Assembly: GCA_011171075.1 (NCBI GenBank)
Contig: DUFD01000045.1
Span: forward strand, 4,835 to 68,834
Reading direction: 5' to 3'
Length of the DNA: 64,000 bases
From: Dehalococcoidia bacterium
GTDB lineage: Bacteria > Chloroflexota > Dehalococcoidia > Dehalococcoidales > Fen-1064
The notes below the pieces were generated by a model that saw only the letters and a list, made by a program, of their open reading frames with translations, ran no database searches and was not told where the DNA came from. This document shows, in pieces, positions 63,411 to 64,000 of the stretch. Within the stretch, counting starts at the first letter, position 1; each line of letters opens with the position of its first letter. Made by a program: the position numbers and the translations under genes.

Positions 63411-64000
63411 TCATTTCCCCCTGAGATAGCTTATCATCGAGCCGGTAACCAGCGGGACAACATCGCCAATCATGTGTGGTATGAGGTTGTCCATGACCTT
63501 GGGCATCAGTTCCGGCATCTGCTCCCGCATGTATTGGGGCATAGGTATACGCTCAGCAACTCTTTCCAGCATTACTGGCATGACCTTGGGCATCATCATC
63601 GGGAGCAGTCTGGGAAATAATACAGGGAACAGCGGCTTCATGAGGTTGAGAGCACCAGGGATTTTGCCCATAACACGCATCATCTTGCCCATGCCAAAGG
63701 GCATAGCATCGATAAGCTCCGGCCACATCGTACCCATCAATGCCGCAAAGCCTTCGGGTGTCATTAGAGCTATCATGGCCTCGAAGACGGCCCACTGCCG
63801 CTGTACCTCTGGGTTGGAGTTAGGTAGCTCATAGCCGAGTGTTTCAGCAGCGAAGCGCGCCAGATCAACTATCTCTATAGATGACCCTTTCTTCTTGGCA
63901 GTGACGCGGAACTGGAACTGGCAGCAGGGGCATAGTGCCAATACTTTTTCTGCGCCAGTAGCCGTTGCTTCGTCCAAGCGTGCCTTACCGATTTCTGCAG
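63411..64000 (-). CDS. CCG-domain (HdrD/GlpC-like) Fe-S protein with a Met/Pro-rich C-terminal tail; 5' end outside the window
   Basis: The frame stays open upstream of the listed TTG to the window edge ('AEIGKARLDEATATGAEKVLALCPCCQFQ', a CCG-type motif). The tail is rich in 'MPxxMP' repeats. Confidence 0.65.
   Translation of the reverse strand, partial: AEIGKARLDEATATGAEKVLALCPCCQFQFRVTAKKKGSSIEIVDLARFAAETLGYELPNSNPEVQRQWAVFEAMIALMTPEGFAALMGTMWPELIDAMPFGMGKMMRVMGKIPGALNLMKPLFPVLFPRLLPMMMPKVMPVMLERVAERIPMPQYMREQMPELMPKVMDNLIPHMIGDVVPLVTGSMISYLRGK

Overview
Bacterial chromosomal window with mid-range GC. I found no rRNA, intact tRNA, CRISPR array, integrase or transposase. The gene content suggests an anaerobe, possibly Chloroflexota/Dehalococcoidia-like, but that guess is low confidence.

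Positions 1 to about 40.6 kb look like ordinary core genome:
- Housekeeping: glmS, tgt, ruvX, alaS, tldD/pmbA, mscL.
- Metabolism: a crotonase, a PHP phosphoesterase, a NIL-ferredoxin plus MoaD/ThiS-like pair, two nitronate-monooxygenase/FabK-like paralogues, an ADP-forming acyl-CoA synthetase-like protein, and purF followed by a Cys-less purF paralogue.
- A PAC2/HEAT/GNAT trio.
- A periplasmic Mo-binding oxidoreductase next to a three-gene pilin-like operon.
- A cytoplasmic acetylene-hydratase-like Mo/W enzyme with a small ferredoxin and an OCD-family enzyme.
- Hydrolases, an ATP-grasp protein, an OmpR/PAS-kinase two-component pair, and a GH130/GT4 pair.

From about 40.7 kb to about 63.4 kb the sequence is a mosaic accessory region, and this is the most interesting part:
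- Two to three orphan tRNA 3' halves.
- A visibly AT-rich 1.1-kb segment carrying about 16 tandem ~36-nt repeats. This is not CRISPR-like; it resembles a sopC-type centromere.
- A startless ParB-like HTH gene remnant.
- A 1270-aa zinc-ribbon/Ser-Thr-kinase/STAND-ATPase/TPR gene.
- Short copies of that kinase gene's own 5' boundary (promoter, leader, MKCP start) and 3' boundary (...RHKEILGA-stop), scattered at the edges of unrelated gene cassettes: a beta-lactamase-like gene, an lprG-MFS operon, and the CoA-transferase end.
- Other short repeats bracket the MFS/ChrB-like/CMD/methyltransferase block and a single membrane-protein gene.

Together these look like a recombination or gene-replacement hot spot without a resident recombinase. 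All coordinates, motifs and identity counts were read by eye from the sequence. No database search was run.
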